DNA of 64,000 nt. It comes from Tubiluchus corallicola. Taxonomy: Eukaryota > Animalia > Priapulida. The translations under genes and the position numbers were made by a program. Each line of letters starts with the position of its first letter. Positions within the stretch are counted from its first letter, which is position 1. The DNA is taken from the NCBI GenBank assembly GCA_030141605.1, contig JAQGDQ010000119.1, positions 62,001-126,000 on the forward strand, written 5' to 3'. The notes under the pieces are model-generated. The model saw only the letters and a list, made by a program, of their open reading frames with translations. It ran no database searches and had not been told where the DNA came from. This document shows, one piece after another, positions 57,921 to 64,000 of this stretch.

Positions 57921-58591
57921 TAATCTGCCTTGCGAATATTCTGTTGCCTCTAAAAATTGTTGTAACTTCGTCTTAATATAACCGGCCCGGGTCTCTAGCC
58001 CTTTCTGTAATAATTTCACACGAATCATAAATTTATATTCTATCAGTGAAGCCATAAAGCAATGAACTAATCGCCGTTAGCTCATGAAATGGCTTCAAAA
58101 CATGAGAAATAAATGTTATCATCAAAATCTTTCAACAGTCATGACAAAAATTTATTAGGGGAACTTTACAATTGTCTGTTTAAAACAGATAACTTATAAT
58201 TTATGAGACCGAATTATAATAGTAAAACAATCAATTAAGCTTTGCGTGTTCGCATTAATTATTGCAAGCCTTACATATGTCTCTGGTCTGATTAATTTTT
58301 CAGCCCATAGATAACGAATGATTTCGCGCAATTTTGCAGATCGCGCAAACACTGGATTCAGATAAAAAACAATTCTGCTTCGACGAAAACGCGTAATTCA
58401 TCATTTCACGAGAGCGTATGACGTTTTATTGTAGATTTGGGATATCGTTAAAAGGTTCGTCATTCATGTAAATCGGTCAGAGGAAATTTCATATTCATCT
58501 AAAAGCTGAGCGATGAGAAAGAATGTGCAATGGCGTGGCTAGCAACTCATAGTAGAGTGCGTATCACAGTCCCAAGCTGTCACGCACACAC

Positions 58592-58794
<203 letters not shown>

Positions 58795-61700
58795 TTGTGT
58801 ACGCCTGTAAAATTCTTTGTATAAACATTAATCACTTTGTCCATCATTCAAACGTTCAAGTAGCGCAACTGAGCATTTCTTAATATGATATAATAAATTA
58901 CCATAACAGTACATTACTACGTTACTAAAGGTTGTGTAAAAAAATAAACTGTGTGGCCTAGGAAAAAGAACGGCCCGGAGTTAGAATTATAACCAAGAAT
59001 ACAAAGTGAGCTTTGTTGACCGTTAGAGGACTCATTGAAAGTTAGGAGCTAAGCTTAACCTGGCTAAGAAATAATAAGTACAATCTTTTTTGCGTAAGAA
59101 CATTCTTCGTTAGCTGTGGCGGCTTGTAGCTAAGTTTAGTCGGGGTGCTGCTTCAGAAAATTTTTAGCCATTGCTTTAATACTGTGTAAAACGAAACAAA
59201 CATATGTAATTTTAATGTTGTAATTGTAATTCTTAACAAACAAACATGCGACTGTTTATACATACACTTGATAAAATTCTGAACAAAAAATATTTTTTGC
59301 TTACTTGTCACCTAAATTGTCACAGCTCAAGCTTGATCCATTCACGGTAAGCACGTAACAACTGACAACAAACTGTGTGAGCGACAGTACTTTCTCTACC
59401 TGGGCTCAGACATGTGCGCACTGCCGCATGCACACAACAGCCAAACACCATGTTGCTTGAGCTGTGAGCGTACTGTGCTGGGCTGTGAAGCAAACAGTAC
59501 TACCCTCACGTGCTCCGGTTCTGCACAAGTATAAAGAAAGAATTAAAGAAAAATGACCTATTACATTGAATATTATCGGTAATATTGAGTGAAAATAGTA
59601 GGGGGTGCTGCAGTTCCGCAGTACCCTATACCCCTCGCTAATGTTCTGACTGTTTATTACTGAATGTATTTTACTGCACAGTGTACAGAATTGCTCATAC
59701 GTTCTCCGTGGTGTCACGTGGTCTAGCTGCTCGCAGCTTCAATTTTCATATACCAAATCACAGTGCGGAAAAATAAATTTTTCAAGACTGTTTTGCAAAC
59801 GCGAAGCGCGCATATTGACAAAGCGTGCATCATTACGTTACATTTCTGATCAATTCTAGATTTTCCGTGGTAATGCAATACGGTAAATAATGATCAGCTC
59901 TAATGTATTTCACTGTGAAAATATGAACTGGTGCATTGGAATTACTTACATCTGTAATGGGCAACGTGGCAAATCCAAGCTCAGGTTGTCATGATTGATT
60001 GTCAAGTCGGTTGATTTATTTCTCCACACAGGTCTATTTCACAATGCCTATAACAAATTATCATCAACTGCTGTTAGTTAATAAATATTATTACAAGTAG
60101 AAATTACATAAATGTGCTATACTCCTCAGAACAGGAAAAATTACTATTACAATAATCTGTCCATTTATTTTACTAATATACTAACCATGAGTTTTAAATA
60201 TTCGCAAAATTTTAATTATAAACTCTCATAATTACCTTCTTAAACATCCCCATATTGCCCTCTGGGTGGCCCCTATAAGCTGCAGCTTCCTTGCTCTCCC
60301 TAAAGCATACGTAATCTATTGTTGTTGTTTACGTTAATAAATTGACAAACATACCCATTATTGGTAATATCTATTTTATGTACCTTCATCTTAAATCTAT
60401 TAAAACTGTTGTTGTGTTAATTCAAATAAATTGAAATTGAATTGAATTGAATGAGACAAAATTGGGTAGAAGAGCACTGTATCTATTTATTTATTTATTC
60501 TTATTCTTTATTTCAGCTCGTAAACATATTGTCCAGCTATCAAAATACAATTATTACTAAAAATATTATTAAATCGTACTTACAATTTACGGAAAATATA
60601 AAAAGATAAAATAGTTAGAATGTTTACCTAAATGACATACATTAAAAGTACCGTAACTTTTCCGGAGTTCAGTGCGGTTCCGTCTCAGGACGAAATTTCA
60701 CAGCAAATGAGAAATTTAAATGTTACAGCATGCGAGTGTAAAATAAACTTCATTGCATAACCGGTAGCTCCAAAAGAATGACATGTGAACACACTTTTGT
60801 ATAAAAATCAGCAAGCCTACAGTATTCACCTTTACCGCCGTCATGTTACTGCAGAAATGCGAGGAAATTTGTGTTTGCATTAGAATTTCTGCGCATATTA
60901 TCAAAATGCGCAAGTATAAAAGGAATTGCTGGTTGTAACATGTACGATTAGAAAACAAGCAATAGAACCAGCTAAAAACCTGCAGGAGAACAAATGTTAA
61001 CATATTTGGATTTTGCGCTGAAAGATTTAAACACTGACCCTTAGAGATAAATGCACTTGGGGCATTGCAGCGAGTAGGGAGTCCAGGTCAGGTGAACAGC
61101 ATCATGTCCCTGGACGTGATGATGATGATGTTTACAAAAATAGAACAGTGTTATTGAATATTTCCAATAATGAATGACATAATTCTTTGAATTTAATCTA
61201 AAGACTATTGTTGTGAAATAGTAAAAGAAAGACTTCGCTACAGATGCCACCGTGCGTCTAACGCTAATAATATATAAACTTTATGTATTTTTAGTGGATT
61301 TGCAACACAGTAGCATCTGTTACAGATCACAGTATTTCCAATATGTGCAGTAAAGAAATATACAATTAGTTAGTTCGAGTATGTAATAACTCAAAATAGT
61401 TAATTCAAAAATACGACTAGTTCATTAGTTAACATTTAACTGAAATTTACAAAACCGATACAATAGATACGATAACAGAAACGATTTCGCGATGTACGCA
61501 AGCCTATAAGCCCATGCAAAGTATAAGTTGTACATTAAAATGTACAATGTTGCTTCTTAATTCAGAAATCTAATAGATGTGATACATCCAATACATGTAA
61601 TGTTAAATAATTCTATGTTAAAAATAATCCTGCTCTCTTTGTTATGGCCTTTTATTTGTGAGAATTAGTGAAAGAAAGCGTTCATTGAGAAACTAATGTG

Positions 61701-61913
61701 AAATAAATGACCTATGACTTAAACTTCAACTGCTAAAAACGACAAACTTTGGTGCAATCATGAAGCACGTGTATAATCTTGCAAAGTCATGATTATATCC
61801 AAGTCGTGATTATAGCACAATGACTACGGTTTTGTGGAGGGAATGGCAACTTGCCCCACATGTCTTCTACCCCCCACTTTCCCCTACATGTATTGACTTC
61901 TGACATTAGTTAA

Positions 61914-62535
61914 AGGAAAACCGGACCAAATCTTAAATTGTAGGTCAAAACAATCTATTCCTTAACATTTTGAAAGGAAACTCACTATTTTTTTCAAAAA
62001 TGACATACGTGAAAGAATTATTACCATCCAAAGCGCATTTTCACGTTCGCCCCACTAGTTCTTCGCTGTTACATGCATTTCACCATTCGCTAGTTAGACA
62101 GGCACTAGCGTCTGCATTTCGGAAGATTATTGCACACAAAAATAGGTGCTGTACCTCTCAGTTCAGATGTGTTCGTTTGTGATGAACTACACACGTTCGA
62201 CAGCTCGTGAATGAGCTCAGCGGTAAATTTGAATTTTGAATTTTTATCTTAAAACTTTCCTAGTTTCAGTACAACACACTGAATATCTTACAGTAGCACT
62301 GTACTTCAATTTTCACTTTCTCAAATACGTACAACACGCTCGTGGAACATTTTTCCTGTTGAAAATTGTGTTAGTTTGTGATGTTATCAATAGTTGGGCT
62401 CGCCCACCGTTAATTCAGATTTTAATCCATTATTTAATTATCAGAAACGCTTTTGCAGTATAAATTGTGATCAAATGTATACTTTTTATCGGACATGAAA
62501 ATGGGGTAGGTTATGAAAAATCATCCCGTCTTCCT
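61914..62535 (+). mobile_element. Kolobok-like non-autonomous element (family A), full length
   Basis: TTAA on both sides; imperfect TIR AGGAAAACCGG / CCCGTCTTCCT. Confidence 0.8.
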
Positions 62536-62888
62536 TTAAAGAAAACATAGCCTAACAAAGTTGACCAGTCACTGCCCATCAAGAACTGCACGATTCAAGA
62601 ACAGCCAGAAGTTTCTTCGATCAGACTTAAAAGCCACGTATTGATTTATTGATTTTTGCTAGAGTTTCCTCACCGGAGAGAGTAATGTGTTATCTTTAGC
62701 GGCAAATTGAATTTTTTTATTCTCGAGACGACAGGACTGGATCATTTGGTGGAGTTGAGAAACATTTGACTAAGTGTTTACAAGAATAACATCAGCTACC
62801 TTGATAAATTAATTTAATGTGTTTTGGTTATTTTATTATTGTTACTGGTTTAAAGTTTTAAAAGTCTGTTAATGTCTCAACAATATAT

Positions 62889-63054
<166 letters not shown>

Positions 63055-64000
63055 TCCCTCTTCACCCTCCCTCTCTTTCTGTTTCTCTCCCCCCCCTTTC
63101 TCAACCGAACTCAATGTGTAGCTCGTGTAAACTGTAAGCTGGATTACTGAATATACAAATCAACGCGGTTTAAGTCTAATCAAGCAGCCAATGTATCAGT
63201 AACTACTCAATGCCTGGCCTGCATCATTTACCCATAATGGACATTGGTCAAGCTTACGTGATGTGGTCACTAATGCTTCACTCATTGAGCAGCAGCATTT
63301 CCTGGTAGGAGTAGTACTACAAATTAGTAGCCGTTTCATGTGCGTCGGCTAGATAAAGCAGAAGCCAATTCAATTTTCACTAGGCTTATAGGAGAAGAGG
63401 GCGGATCCATTCTTGAGGATTCAGTATGGTCAGAATAACAGAATTTAGGCAACAAATGCCTGTAATTAAGGTTAGAAAGCAAGCAACTAGTCATGATAGC
63501 TATCTCTTAATCTTTTTTCATAAGCCGTTTTGTAGAAGATCCCATAAATAAGGTAGTTGGCCTCACTAGCTTCATTAAATTTAATAGGGGTAGCAACGTT
63601 CCGTTTTGTTCTGGCTGCGCCATCTGTCAGAGCAAATCTTAGTTAAATCACTTTGAAAGAATCTGTAACAATTCCAATTTACAGCTCTTAATTGCATTTC
63701 TGTTGAGAGCGCTTGCACAGCAAAGAACGAAAAAGCTCTGCCTGGCTTTAACCCATGCAGGGCTGAATGAATGAATCACTATTGTCAGCTTTCTTACATA
63801 ACGTTTTGGAGATGTTTTATTCAACATTGTTAAGCCTGTGTCATTTGCTATTATACCACTAGAGAATAGCGATTGTGTTGGCATAAAAATTACAAAAAAT
63901 GCCAATTACAATTAATCAAAATGACTACAAACTTGGCAATACACGTCATGGTTGGTTGGTTACTTGTTGGTTGGTTTGTTTGTCTGTCTGTCTGTTTGTT

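Noticed and set aside
63250-63905. Coding-looking minus-strand stretch including ORF 63648..63905
   Set aside because: Frames are repeatedly broken and no motif was recognised; cannot be supported without a homology search.

Overview
AT-rich, microsatellite- and transposon-rich animal (invertebrate-like) genomic DNA, not prokaryotic. Most ORF-track entries are low-complexity artefacts. The main gene is a complete 8-exon AUH (methylglutaconyl-CoA hydratase, crotonase family) on the + strand, 10651-39912, 305 aa, with all introns GT-AG and phase-consistent. Its 16.7-kb intron 6 (19427-36169) hosts two notable things. The first is a 3.0-kb P-superfamily THAP transposon with ~63-bp TIRs and a perfect 8-bp TSD but an internally deleted transposase. 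The second is a same-strand tandem family of three small paralogues (two intact ORFs, one pseudogene) encoding signal-peptide-bearing Cys-rich proteins. Their C-x13/14-C-x2-C-x15-CC-x8/9-C core resembles CHH/ITP neurohormones and centipede HAND/SLPTX3 toxins. One paralogue ends in a GPI/TM-like tail; in the other the equivalent tail lies just behind an in-frame TAG. This nested family is the best candidate for an undescribed system. Other observations: tandem arrays anchored on two AUH 5' splice sites, inverted TE copies around exon 2, a tandem RFX X-box array, candidate flanking promoters/exons, and many non-autonomous hAT, Kolobok, Tc1/pogo, Harbinger, SINE and LINE relics. All alignments were made by eye; no database search was run.
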